DNA of 64,000 bases from Patellaria atrata CBS 101060. Its lineage: Eukaryota. Below the pieces are notes generated by a model. The model was not told where the DNA came from. It made no database searches and worked only from the letters and a program-made list of their open reading frames with translations. Positions 38,185 through 51,298 of the stretch are shown in pieces. The stretch covers positions 3,374,061 to 3,438,060 of the forward strand of contig MU006089.1 in NCBI GenBank assembly GCA_010093705.1. Direction: 5' to 3'. The position numbers and the translations under genes are program-made. Each line of letters starts with the position of its first letter. Position 1 is the stretch's first letter.

Positions 38185-39092
38185 TTAAGATAATTGTCCG
38201 GTCAGACTCGATCCTAGTCCGAAACGTCGTTTTCCGGGACGCTGAGCAGTTTTGGATTTCGACTTGTTAAAGTTCTCAAGAGGATGCTCCTTCTCCCAAC
38301 GCTCGTCTTCTTTGTATGCTTCTATGGCGGCCTCGAGATCGTAGTTGTGTTGTTTGAGATAAAGAAGCGCAACATCATATCTGTATCCAGGAGCAATACT
38401 CGGTCATATTAGCCTTTCCTTCCTAGTAAATGGATGCTAAACTCTCGATATAGGTTCACATACTCAGACACCTTACACGCAACCATCCATCTTCTGACTT
38501 TAGCTTTTCGAAGTTCTTCCTCTTCACCTTCCACTGGACGAGGACTCAAGCTCACTCCACCTTTATAGTATTCACCAGGAATCAATATGGTCCGTCGTGC
38601 CGCGAGGAGATGATCCGCAAATAATCCATTCTTTCTTCTCAATGCTTCATTGGGAACTCCATATCGTAATGCTAAAGAGCTGATGCTATCAAGGGACGGA
38701 TTGACAAAATGGAGTACATTCTCTGCAGGTCCGTCAGATATTCCTGGTTTTTCAGACAGCATGTAAGATGAAGTAGAAGCTGTGTATGCCGGGGGATCAT
38801 CATTGTCCGTCTTCTTATTCATATGTATGTGGTTGTGGCAAGGAGAGGTAGATGGCGAATAAGGTGGAGGATCTCGAAGACCCTGAGGAAGAGGCGACCG
38901 TTCTGTAGATTTCTGACAGAAGGGACAGTAAGTTGAAAAGCGAGGATTATCGGTGATGCAGCCAGCACATATCGTCCTGCCACAGCATTCCAGACGGCGT
39001 TCGTGTCGAGCAGGTTTCTCTGTCTTCTCGTCATACTGAGGAGGTATGGAAGAGAGTAGGGTAGCGCAAGTACAGCATGCTTCAGAGTCCAT
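38185..39092 (-). CDS. Intracellular LysM-domain protein with N-terminal Cys-rich (RING-like) region and C-terminal UBA-like region
   Basis: CCTC..CCGRTICAGC..YCPFC; LysM-like HFV..DSISSLALRYGVPNEALRRKNGL..ILIP; after intron 38463-38381, YDVALLYLKQHNYDLEAAIEAY. No signal peptide from the ATG at 39092. Confidence 0.8.
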
Positions 39093-40122
39093 GTTAGTCC
39101 AAAGGGTATCAGATACTATGAGAGGATATGATGTTATAACTGAAAGAAAACCGAAGAAATGAAGTAGATATCGCAGGAGAGGAATCAGATGAAAGAGGAA
39201 GAAATGACTAATGGACAAGAAGTGATGATCTTTGCATCACCACATCATAGGGTCTGCCGACTATCTTTCTGGTTATTCCCGGTCCGACAGCAGATATTGG
39301 GAATTCCCTAGAACAACCTTATGAAGCGTACATCTTACATCTCATTCGCCGTGCTAAACGAATTGTACAATGACCAGTTTGGCCGTTCAAACAGAGCCGA
39401 ACGAGCGGCTAGATTCCCGATGTTCTGCAACACCATGTCCGCCGTGGAATTCTGCAGAAGAAGGTGTGGCTAAAGATATAATAATCGTGGCTAGAGGGTA
39501 GTTCTAAGGATGATCGCCTTCCCCGCAGGCATAAGGCCTCTATAGAACTGTCTTTGGCGCTAAATTTGATGACGGCATCCCCCGTTCACAAAGATTTTGA
39601 AGTGTAACTCCCGTCCCACCGTACCCATACTCCATCACAAATCTTGCTCATTGCTCTACATCGTGTGATCTCGAGTTACCCTACTTTGAACGGTAGAAGG
39701 GCTTGAAACCTGTTAGCATCCAGGTAAATCATGTAAATCCGAATGATGCAAAAGCAATTGTACAAGTAGCTGCAAAGTTATGAAGGTCATGCAGTGGTTG
39801 ATGCGTCTCGTTCGGCCAGTCAGATCGAGAGTAAGATGGTAGCAGTGGGGAGCTATCAAGCCCACTGTCTGGATCTGGTTTTTGAAATTCCCTAATTCGA
39901 TCTGGATTGCCATGCCCATCTGGAGCTACCAAGCCACAAGTTGTCGATGAAGTCACCAAGCGTCGCCTGATGTTTGTAGCAAACTCTCCATAAGAGTTGC
40001 CTTCTTGAATGAACCTCTCAATGAATCTATAAACCTCATCCTCTTCTTCCATATAGTAGTCATTAGGTCATCTTGCTTTCGAAACGTCCATACATACTCC
40101 TAAATATACAAAACGAGAAAGT

Positions 40123-43100
40123 ATGGAAGCTCTCAAGAGCGTCATGTAAGTTTGACCGTACAATACATACCTTATACCCTATACTGGACCTTCGCTAATC
40201 TCAGGATCAAAGCAATCCTGGTCATGGCAAGGATGATGATATCCTCTATGGTACCGGAGAGAACACTGCTTCTAACCCTGCCACATCAGCAAACACCGGA
40301 AAGCTTGAAGGGGAGGGCTCCCATTTGGGAAGAAAAGAGCCTGGTGGGACAGATACCACTTACGGAACTGATTCTGGCCTGAGCAGCCGTGGACCCAACT
40401 TGTACTACGCATGATCTCCCTACATGTTCAGCAATTTATGCTAATCTGGTTGTTGTAGAAACACAGTTGATAATACCCGTGATGATACAAGACATGAGTT
40501 GAGCTCTGGGCAACCCGAGCCCATCTCCCAGAATCCGGAAATTCGCCAACATGAGACTTCAAGGAACCCGTTAGCTGGATCTAGTACCACTGACACCAAT
40601 CCAGAATCACGGCAAAAAGGTACTTCAAGCACTTCTACAGGTATTGCTGACTCTTTCCCGGGAAATCATGACGATACCTATCGTGATCAGGCTGCAGACA
40701 CTTCAGGCACCACAAGTACTACAGAAAGAAAAGGAGGCATAATTGGCAGTATTAAACGGCTTGTAGGAAATAAGGATCAGTCCTCAGATAAAGAGAATCG
40801 GCCACACGTCGTCTCAGAAGAGGCAAGCTCCGCCAGTATCAAATCTGGTGTCGTTGGGCAGCCGACCGACGAGAAATTATCAGGACCACCAACAGCAGGC
40901 CGAGTAAGTGAGACGAGCAAACCTCTTCCTGATACACCTTCTCAAAGCCAGCATGGTATATCAAGTCTCCCGGATCGGTCGGTTGGGTAAGTGTATTTCT
41001 TCTTTGATGGGCTAAAGAACCGTGACTGACTTCAATCAGGAGTGACCGAGGTGTATCTGACACCCATGATCATGCTCATCATCACGATCGTGATCCAGGT
41101 ATGACTACTGGCGCAGGAGTAGGAGCAGGTGCAGCTACTCTAGCTGCAAAGAGGGCCTATGATCACCGCGAGCACGATCAGACAACAAGCGACCCCAGCA
41201 CCTCGGGTTCTGCAAACGTTGGTCCGACAGAGACTTCAAGATCATTTCCACTTGGTAGCGGACACAAGAACCCTGATCATTTTAGAGAGCATACGAGAGA
41301 TCACACTTCAAGTGACATACCCTCTGGAACTACAGGTACGGACACAGATGAGTCTCATTCTTCCAACAAGGGGACGTCAGATGGGCGTGAACGCCTATCT
41401 ATAGCAGCAGCGATGGTGTTCGAGCATGATCATGGGGGTGTCGGTCATAAATATAAAGGAGACCCATGTGCTAAAGAAGATTCCTCTACAGGTAGCTCTC
41501 CACGGTCAACTGTCATACCTGGACCGCATAGTACGGATACTGCCAATCGTTTAGATCCCAATATCGATTCTAGCACTTACACTGGTGGGTCCCACTATTC
41601 GGGACACCATTCAGGCACAATCTCTGACCATCCAACTTCGACGACCGATACTTCGCATACCGGTCAAGATCACCATAGTCGAGATACTACGATAGCTGGA
41701 GCTGGAGCTACAGGTGCCGCTGAGCTTTCTGAAGGTAGAAACCACCATGATGAGCCGACGAGCCGTGATGAATCGGCAAAAACTAGTTCAACAGGGCCGC
41801 ATAAGAGTAGTCTGGTGTGTCCTACTCTGTCACTCCCGTTACGAAATGCTAAGTATACTGTAGCTCAATAAACTCGATCCTAGAGTGCACAGCGATTTAT
41901 CGAAACCGAAAGAGCATAGCACAATTGAATCGACGTCTAATCCATATAGTGCATCTCCTGTCGACCCTCGTGTGGATGGAGGGTCTCGCTCAACAACCGG
42001 TCCCGAGTCCACTCGCTCCAGCGATCATCACTATGGCCGTGATGCAGCATTAGGGGCCGGTACCGGTGCAACTGGACTTGGTGCATATGAAGCAAATAAA
42101 CACCGTGGGGAGGATACTTCGAATCTCCCTGCTGAAACGGGTCATAGCACACGAGACCTACCATCTTCCACCGATAACCCGATTAGGGCAGTCGAGCAGC
42201 ATTCAGCACCTTCTTATGAAGATCAACGTGCTTCTGCTCCAGTTGGTTCCTCCATTTTAGGTGCGTCACGTCCAACTGAACATCAGTCCGACCGCGATAC
42301 TGTATCACCTACTGGAACAGATGCATACTCTGGGATAGATGCACGTTATATGAGTAGTGTTCGTCGAGGTAGTCGAATGGAGACCGAGGACGGAGCCTTT
42401 GGGTCAATTCGCGATTCATCCAGCCCCACTGCAACACACTCGCGACATCAGGATACGTTAGGACGATATAATGATCAGCGTGCTAGCCCAACTACCCCCA
42501 GCCCTACTAGTGGAGCAACTACATCCGATCCTAGTCATCGTGAACATCATCATGGTCGTGACGTTGACGTAGGTGCTGGAGCTGGAGCTGCTGGATTGGG
42601 TGCGTATGAGGCTGGTAAGCATCATCATGGCCAGCAAGGGACTCAAGATCCTACGACCACAGACGAGCTACCAACGGCAACTTCTAATCTACCAATCTCC
42701 ACGAGTGGATATGACCAAGCTACAAAACATGTACGTGAGCCAACTAGCATCTCCGGCACTCAGGAGCCTGGCTTGACCTATGAAAAACCTCATTCTACCA
42801 CCGGCTATGGAGATCAAACGAATAAGCCACCGAAGCACCATCATGGCCGTGATGCAGCATTAGGTGCTGAAGTTGGAGCAGCTGGCTTAGATGCATATGA
42901 AGCGGGTAAGCATCATCATGGAAACCAGGGTACACAGGATCCTACGACCTCTTCGACTCTTCCATCAACCACTTCCGATCAACCAATCTCGACAAGTGGA
43001 TATGACCAAGCTCCAAGGCATCAACGTGAACCGACAGATATCTCGGGTTCTCATGGAGCTACATCTACTAAATTCCACGAGCAACCCTCTGCCACTGGCC

Positions 43101-44715
43101 CCAGTGATCAAACCAGCCAACTTAAGGAGCATCATTACGGTCGTGATGCGGCTATTGCCGGTGGAGCTGGTGCAGCGGGAACAGGTGCTTATCAAGCATA
43201 CCACCCTCATAGAGATGCTCCTCCCAACGACTATGACTACAGCGGGCAGGGTGTGAGGGACCCAACCGCGGGCGCACATCACCCCATCCGTGACGAGACT
43301 ACCAGCAGACAAACCGCCGGCGAGACCACAGACGAGTCCCACAAAGGTCGTAACGCTGCCGTTGCTGGATGTGCTGCAGCTGCTGGTGCTGGAGCGTACG
43401 CATACTCTCAACATGATCAAGAGAAGATGGAGAAGGAACGGTTGAAGCAAGAGAGGGCTCACGAGAAAGAGCTTGAGAAAGAACAGAGGGCGCACGAGAA
43501 GGAAGTAGCCAAGGAAGAGCACGCCGCTCAGAAAGCGCATGATAAAGAAGTCGCAAAGGAACAGAAAGCTCACGATAAAGAAGTTGCAAAGGAACAGCAC
43601 GCTGCTCAGAAGGCTCACGATAAAGAGGTTGCCAAGGAGAAGAAAGCTCACGATAAAGAAGTAGCCAAGGAGCAGAAAGCTCACGATAAACAAGTAGCCA
43701 GGGAGCAGAAAGCTCATGATAAACAAGTTGCTAAGGAGGAAAAAGCCCACGAGAAGGAAATAGCAAAAGAACAGCACGCCGCACAAAAGGCTCACGAGAA
43801 ACAACACGAGTACGAGGAGAAAGAACGTCAGAAGAAACTAGCAAGACAAGAAGAGGAGCGCGAGCAAGACGACCACAGTCCGACTAAGAAGAAGGGAGGT
43901 CTCTTTGGCTTCTTGCACCGCAACAAGAACAAGGAGAATACCGATCCTGCAACTGATGACCCAACTTCCCCAATTACCGCTGACAGAACCGATCCTGCAA
44001 CTGGTGACCCAACTTCCTCAACTACAGCTGACAGAACCGATTCCAGGACCACTCATGGCGCCGAAACTGCTGCTGCTGCTGGTACCGCTGGTGGACCTGC
44101 CGCTGCGGCATACGCGAATTACAGTGATCAGAACAAACACCATAAATTGCACAAGGATCCACCGGAGGGGTATTATGAGCAGAAGATGGCGGAACAGGGC
44201 GGTATAGGCCCGGAAGAGAGGGTTGCGAGGACTGATCCGGCTGTCGGGAGCACGTGAGTATAGCCCTACTTCCCCATCCATATAACCCCATTTCTTGCTG
44301 TTAGGTGTTTTCTGGGTTGCATGCTAATCGGACTCATAGTGTCGGCGGCGCAGGCGAATTCGGCCACAAGCACGAATACCGCGGTGTCCCCACCACCACC
44401 GACCCCTCCGCCCATAACACGCACTCGCCTCCTTCCACTTCCAACCCCGCGTCCCATCATGGCACCGGCTACACCGCTGACCAGCCGTTGGCCGGACCGC
44501 CGTCGCATGGCTACGAGACTCAACCGGGGACTTCGACAACTACGACGACTACGACCACGACTGGCGTGACGACGGGATCGAAGGGGGTCTTGCCGACTGA
44601 GTCGAGGACTGGACTCCCGATCGATACGTCGCTTGGTGATGGACGGGGTGGGACGGATGGGAATGAGACGATCCAGGGGTATGGGCATTCTTCGCAGCCT
44701 GGGACGGCTTTGTGA
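40123..44715 (+). CDS. Large hydrophilic repeat protein (fungal dehydrin/hydrophilin-like, DPR motifs), multi-exon
   Basis: Spliced start MEALKSVINPGHGKDDDILYG. Motifs GPHSTDTANRLDP, GPHKSSL|LNKLDPRV and repeated HHHGRDAALGAGAGAAGLGAYEA. Charged 11-mer repeats. Ends ESRTGLPIDT..GDGRGGTDG. About 5 introns. Confidence 0.8.
43455..43810 (+). repeat. Coding tandem repeat, 33-nt unit (KAHDKEVAKEQ) with 45-nt variants (+HAAQ)
   Basis: About 10 imperfect copies are visible in DNA (aaagctcacgataaagaagtagccaaggag) and in protein. Confidence 0.9.
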
Positions 44716-45208
44716 GATAGTCCAACGATCGGGGAAGGAAATGGGTAGATGGACGAGGGTAAGGTAGAGAGGGATTCCGATGCTTGAGGCGGGGTTTTGA
44801 CTTTTGAAATTCATGCCGTTCGATGCTTAACGACTTATGATAGTGGGTTCTTGTATTTATTCAATGAGCACACGCACATGCGCACGGTTTGAGAAGTTTG
44901 GGGGGTTCATGATGCTTGATTCATTCACTCGATGGTGATTTGTGCTCTGATCATTTCCCCTTGACGCCAGCTTGACAGCCCGTTTCTCAGACCTTCACAG
45001 CGCATGGAATTCCGTGTGAGACCGGACTTCCGACTCGCCCACTATGGCATCCCTCATTACGGTGATCGTTTTTATGGACGATATGGTAAGGACATCCCAT
45101 CAATCGCCACATATACGATCAATTGATCCTCCGGCCTCATCCCTCAAGTCTCCATTACATACCTCAATCCACCAGTTCTGATTTTAGTTTATCTTATTTC
45201 ATTCCGTG

Positions 45209-46033
45209 TCAAGCGAGTTGGACCTCCCCTCCCTCCTCGCCGTCGTCCATGGCGAAGGGGTTCGCGATCTCCTCGCTGCCGTCTAGAGGGGAGATCAGGA
45301 CGAGGAGGGTCCCGCGCGCAACTATGAGGCCGAGGGAGCGGGTGGTCGTGTTATTTTCTTCGTCTGCGCATGGGGTTAGAACTGCTATGGGGTGAATGGG
45401 CCGGGTGGATTGCGAGAGATTGGATGAGGAGAAGGATGGTGAGAGGGAAATTTTTGTGGGGGAGTGGTGGGGGTGGTTGGGTGGAAATGACTGACCTCGT
45501 AGCGTTTCCTTGACGTCGTCGAGGACGAGGTTCATGAGTTGGTCGTAGCCTTTTAGGATGCCGGTTACTGTGCGGTTTTGTTAGCTTGATTGAATCGGGG
45601 ATTTGATGGGATGTGGGGTTGAAGTTGGGGTTGGGAACTAGGGTGATAAACTGGGAGGGAGAGGGAAGAAATGGAGGAGGGAGAAGATGGAAGAAGAAGA
45701 GTATCGTAGACTCTTTCCTTTAAGAACCCCATCCTCACCATCCTCACCATCCTCACCACCCCACCCTCACCCCCTCCAAAACAAATTTCCCACACCGCCT
45801 AAACAGCAAAATCAACACTCACCCTCCCGTCCCCCATTAAACCTCACAGCAATCTCCTTGTCCAGATACCGGCCCAAGTCGAGTATATTCTCCTTCTTCG
45901 GCCTCTCCCTTTCCTTGCCCTCCTCTCTTCCTCCACCATGGCCGTGGGGACCACCGCGAGCGCCGCCGCCTCTGCCACCTCGGTGCTCGGAGGAGTGGCC
46001 TCGGCCGCCGCGGAAGGAGGCGCGATCGGACAT
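45209..46033 (-). CDS. LSM7: U6 snRNA-associated Sm-like protein LSm7
   Basis: ERPKKENILDLGRYLDKEIAVRFNGGRE|VTGILKGYDQLMNLVLDDVKETLR|DEENNTTTRSLGLIVARGTLLVLISPLDGSEEIANPF. Introns 45822-45568 and 45495-45364. Confidence 0.95.
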
Positions 46034-46356
46034 GTTGTTTGGGGCTTTTGGGGTTAGGTGTGCGTGGGCATTAGCTGGATGATGGGGGATCGTGGAACAT
46101 GATTTGGGGAATTGAATGTGGGTTGATTGTTTGCGGTGGTTCCGTAGCGGGATGAGGGGTGGGGTTCCGGATCGTGCGGAGAGCAGAAAGAGGTTCCCTG
46201 TTCCTGGAATCGAAATTTGGGATGATGTCACTTTCTACCTAGTCAGTTTAAGGTAAGCCCTTCGGCTAAAGTAAGCTTTTCTCGTATCTGGTGGTTTTGT
46301 GATATTCCTGGTAACGGGTCAGATCTTCAGCTCGGTATCGGGGTGATTCAAAGTGG

Positions 46357-46520
46357 GTGTTTGTGGTGTTTGTGGTATTTGTGGCGTTTGTGGTATTTGT
46401 GGCGTTTGTGGTGTTTGTGGCGTTTGTGATGTTTGTGATGTTTGTGGTGTTAGTGGTGTTTGTGGCGTTTGTTGTTTCTATGTGTTTGTTGCGTTTGTGG
46501 TGTTTGTGGTGTTTGCGGTG
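46357..46520. repeat. 9-bp tandem repeat (GTTTGTGGY)n, about 18 imperfect units
   Basis: Directly visible: gtttgtggt/gtttgtggc/atttgtggc/gtttgtgat units. Confidence 0.9.
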
Positions 46521-47609
46521 ATGAGGGTCGGGTCTTCATCGGGTTCGATATTCCCGTCTTAAATGTGTCGGGAGTTCCGGTCTGACGAGGCTTCCGTCTA
46601 GACTGTTCGCCGAAGTGGAAGGTGTCACGACGGAAATTATATCTATCAGAACAATATCTGGAGCATTACTGTGGGAGAATGATATTATAACCGAGCAACC
46701 AATTATGAAACAACAATATCAGCCCTTGTAGAATACGAGTTGAATACTTTTATAGAACATTCGATGTGTGGAGTTTCATGATGCTGCAGGCATGGCAAGG
46801 TGTGCGTGGGATGGGAGTAGAAGGTTTCCGCTGATCTCTTCAAAAGTCCTCGTGATTTCCCATCAGGGTCTCATCCGCTCTTTCCGTGTTCCCCCTCCTC
46901 CCACCTGCCAGGCACCACTTTCCGGTTGGCTTCCACTCACGAAACCAGCTGCACCACCATGAGGGCGACCAGCTCATCAGAACTTACTTCATCCCGAGTG
47001 GGGAGAAGAAAGGACCGACTCCGCACCAGCACCCTCACTTACATTCCTGATCATATTCTCGTCCGAAGCAACGGTACTGAGATCAGTCCGCTTTTTGAGC
47101 GCCTCCTTCCTTGCGAATACCACACCTTTACCGCTTTCCGCTTTTCGCCCTCAAAACCCCCTTCGTTTCCTCCCCTCTTCTGTGCTCTGCTCTCCAGTTG
47201 TGTAGTATGGCGTACGCGTACGTTGTCTACAATTAATCTAGAGTCCAAGGGTCGGGTAATGCTCATGTCTAAAATACATTCTTGTACTTTCGGGCTGAAA
47301 TGAGTTGGAAGTGTATCCAGATTGGTGTTTTTGAGGAATACTGGTTTTAGTTTGTGAGGGGGTGGTGGTAGCTTCCACTAAGAGCAGTCCACGCCCCCCG
47401 TGGCCCCATTTCCGCCGCATATTCTAGGCCCGAGAGGCCCCGAGAATCCTCCTCCGGGGCGGCTCACCAGTCCCCAAACTTCCCAACCCTTCCCTTACCC
47501 TTTCCTACCCCCACATAACTTCCGCTCTCCCACACCCTTTGCTCCCTTTTGATCCCTTTTGCCATTTCCTCCAACATCCAACGCTACCGCTGCAATTCCC
47601 ACCGTGACT

Positions 47610-49771
47610 ATGGAACCCGCCTCGCAGAGCGAAACTACTGCAAACATGCCAAATATCAATTCTTCCACCTCTGTTAACTCGACTTCCACCGACTTGAAGC
47701 GCAAAAGGAGCCCATCAAACGACCACCCGCCTCAGACTTCCTCCGCCGCTCCTCCGCCGCCCAAAAACCCAAAGACGAGCAACCATCTTCAAATCAATTA
47801 TCTCGCCAGGCAGTACGATGCCGACCTTCCACTCGTATCCAACGATGATACTCTCCCATCTATTCTCGCTTTACTCGGTGAGTACCAGGGCGTCCTAGAG
47901 CGACACGAGAGTATGGCGGGAAACCTTGGAGCAAGGCCTCTTGGGCCCATCTTGATCAAAAGATTCGAACGTATATTCGACGGGCCCCCAAAGGTTCTCA
48001 AATCGCATGGGAAAGAAGGTACTACTGTCACCTGGCTCGACGTGGTTGAGTTTGCGCGCAACAAGCCTGAGCAGTTCACTCTCGCCCAGATGAGTGAGGG
48101 ATTGAGAGTTTGTCAATTCTACACGAAGCAGTGTCGCGTACAGATCTCCGAGGAGGATTTTGTTCTTATCGAGTCAGGCATTCCACAGAAGATGATTCCT
48201 CCGCAGCCAATCATCGAGGACGAGGAGAAGGAGCTCGGGACTCTGGAGATCTTGGAGAAGAATCTTGCTCAGATTTGCCAGCTCGCAGATCAAGGTAAGC
48301 ACTCCTTTCAGCGTATCGGATGAAAGAAGGGTATGCTGATGCTAATTCAGTCGCTGCGCGCACCCGCCAGCTTAACCATCGGCTCAAAGCCCGCAAAACT
48401 GCCATCCTCGACCGTCGCGCAAGTGGTGCAGCTGTTCCTGCTGCACGAGCTACGAGCCCATCCAATGTGGCGCTTATGAATGGAGCTGGAGTCCCTGTAT
48501 CACAACCATCTTCCAGCCAACCCGGTTTCGTCGCCGTAAACTCTAGACAACATGGCGCAGATGCCAACGGCGTGCTGGACAAAAATGGAGCTTCACCTGC
48601 TACGCACCAGGACCTGCGCAGCAAATTCTTCACGCTCAGCGAACGTCGAGGTGGATCCAATCCTGCGTCCCATCACGAGATACGAAGGAGTGCGAATACC
48701 CACGGTAGCGTTAGTACTTCTACTCCCTCTCGCGGGGAGAGTGGAAAACAGAGGACGGTACAACAGACGGTAAGGGATACTGATCCGTCTCATCCCCATG
48801 CGGACGCAGACCATGCCGTTTTTCTCGGGTCAACCACATCCCCCGCTCCACATCGTACCTCCGGTACGCCGCAGTATTCCGCTACCGTCCTCACCGATCA
48901 AGCCAACCCAACCAGAGACCCCCTCATTCGCCCCATCCACCCAATCCCAGTGCGTCACAGCCACTCGCACGAACGCGAAAAGGATGACGGGGGACCCTAT
49001 CGTGCGGAGATGATCTCGCGCATGGAGACACTTGCCAAAGGTGAACGCGTTCTCCCACCTTGCGATAGGTGCAGAAGACTACACATGGATTGTCTCAAAA
49101 ACTTGACCGCGTGTATGGGATGTACGAAAAAGCATGCAAAGTGTAGTTGGAAGGAGGTCAAAGAGGGGGAACTCGGCGTGAGACCGGAAATAGCACATTC
49201 GGCACAGGTGGCAGAGATGGGAAGAGCAGCTGCGAAAGCACAACTTGTCGCTGAGGGATATGATATAAGCGAATATCCGGTCCAGAATCCGCTCGAGGGG
49301 TATCGCCATGCCGATGCCACTACTACCGATGAGGAGAAGATGGAAGGTGTGGAGAGCAGTCATAGCCACAACGGAACTGCTCCACGTGGAGTTAGTGAGG
49401 ATAGTGTTGAGATCCAGCTATTGCGCTCTGCTGGTATTGAAGTTGTTAACGCCAATAATGCAAGGAATACTCCTGGTAGTGGTGGTGGTCAGGAGGTTAG
49501 GATGTTGGATAGTCCCACCCCTGCTGTGATTGCGACGATGGCGAGGAGTGAGAGTGGGATGGAGGATGTGAATATGATGGAGGACAGGGAAAGAGAACGG
49601 GTCTTGGAACGAGGATTGGAAAGAGAACCTTCTGTCTCCAGAGCAATGGGAAGTCCTGAAAAGGTCGCCAGCGGTCTGACTATGAACGAAGCTGGTAGTC
49701 AAGGCGATAGGGAAAGAGAGATGAGGGAAGGGATGGGTTTCAGAGAGAGTTTGGGAACTATGGTCGCATAG
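47610..49771 (+). CDS. Fungal protein with C-terminal Zn(II)2Cys6-type cluster (putative transcription factor)
   Basis: CDRCRRLHMDCLKNLTACMGCTKKHAKC; conserved-looking N-terminal block LQINYLARQY..RHESMAGNLGARPLGPILIKRFE; intron 48295-48350 (GTAAGC..GCTAAT..CAG). Confidence 0.85.
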
Positions 49772-50714
49772 ACCTGGTATGGAAGATGGAGCTTGTTAGA
49801 GGTTGGTAGTCCCGGCTGTTTTTGGAGTTGATGATTCGGCTCTTGTTTGGCGCACCAGTGGGTTTGTCATCTGCTACGGTTGCTCTGAGGTGTCGGAGAC
49901 TGTATAAAAGTTTGACCTGTTTTTCTTTTTCAGAGGTGTTCCTGCTTTTCTGATCTTTGTATTCCTCACTTTCCACGTTTATTTCATCCGTCTAGCCTTT
50001 CTAATTTCCTTCAGTGGAGTTTTCTCTCCTCCAGGTCCTTACTTTCACTCAACACCCCTCGATTTGATTTTTTTTTATTGATTTTTTTACTTTATTTTTT
50101 TTTTTTTTACCTCTTTTAGCGGCATCATTGGACTGGGGTGCACATGTATGGGAGGAGTCCTACTGTTTTTCTGGAGTTTTTTTTTTTTTTTTTGTTCGTT
50201 CTTTCTGGTTCTATTTACTAGGATATGGTTCTACCTTTTGTCTTACTGCTACACATCTTTTTGGTCTTTTTTCAAGGGAATGGACCCCGGATACTCTATC
50301 GATGCTCGACTTGATGAAAAAGGGGGTGGGAGGATGGGTTATCCTGTTATTGTCTGAATATGTCTGTGATAAGCTTTGATAGTTTGATATCGTGTGGGAA
50401 TACAAGTATGACTTTACTCTTATACTTTTTGCATTGGTCCTACGTGATATCCCTCCCAACCTGAGTCGCCCTCGACAAAGATATTACGCAGACGGAAAGC
50501 ATCCCCGATGTTTTTCGGCATACTATATTCTCCCCGTACGATACCCTCTCCCCATATACTCTGCTATATGCGTCGTGCACTCCTGTATAACGTTTGGCAC
50601 ACTCCGTCGACATCGTAAATGTGGCTCCCTATGTCCTACCTGTTTCCTTCGCTGAATCTACGCATAGTGTACAGTACAGTTTACGCCTCCCGTGCAGATG
50701 ACAATTTACTCCTC

Positions 50715-50850
50715 CTGTACAATTTACCCCTTCTGTACAATTTACCCCCTCCTGAAGAATTTACTCCTCCTGAAGAATTCACTCCTCCCGTACATTCCAC
50801 CCTTACCCCCCCGGTACACTCCATTCCTCCCGTACAATTCACTCCTCCAT
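50715..50850. repeat. Short nested tandem duplications (ctgtacaatttacccc x2; cctcctgaagaattyact x2; ccgtacay units)
   Basis: Directly visible imperfect 18-bp units in the region between convergent genes. Confidence 0.65.
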
Positions 50851-51298
50851 ACACTCATTCCCCCTCTCCATCTCCTCGTCTCCTGCAGCACACTCCCTCC
50901 CCGCACTCCCCACTCGCGCCCTCAACCGCCCGCCCACGGGGACTGCGCAGCAAACAGCTTCTTCCTGCACGGCATTTCGTGACGGGACGGAGGGCGTCGC
51001 AGTCTACTCTACAATCAATCACCGGCTCAGATTCATGACCGTATCGTATAAATATGTACGTATATCGACGAAAGTAATAATACCCCCTAACCTAACAACC
51101 CTACAACTTGCTATGGACACCCGCATCTAATATCCGACATCGAGGAACCAGCAGTTACGGACCCTCACTACACAAAACGCACGACATGCTCACCGATGCA
51201 AATACACCCGCTCCCATCCCTTCCAACTTCACGCCAACAGGGACAGCATACAGCACAGCACGTCACGGCACATTCCATCAAATATACCGCCCCTCCCC

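Noticed and set aside
42965..43807. 280-aa hydrophobic minus-strand ORF
   Set aside because: It is the antisense shadow of the charged KAHDKEVAKEQ repeat.
43455..43810. CRISPR-like regularly spaced repeats
   Set aside because: These are in-frame coding repeats with synonymous variation, no unique spacers and no cas genes, in a eukaryotic context.
46520..46560. tRNA T-loop-like GGGTTCGAT
   Set aside because: No D arm, anticodon arm or acceptor stem could be built.
46353..46562. Cys-rich (CGV)n ORF resembling a metallothionein
   Set aside because: It is the translation of the 9-bp tandem repeat and starts at GTG.
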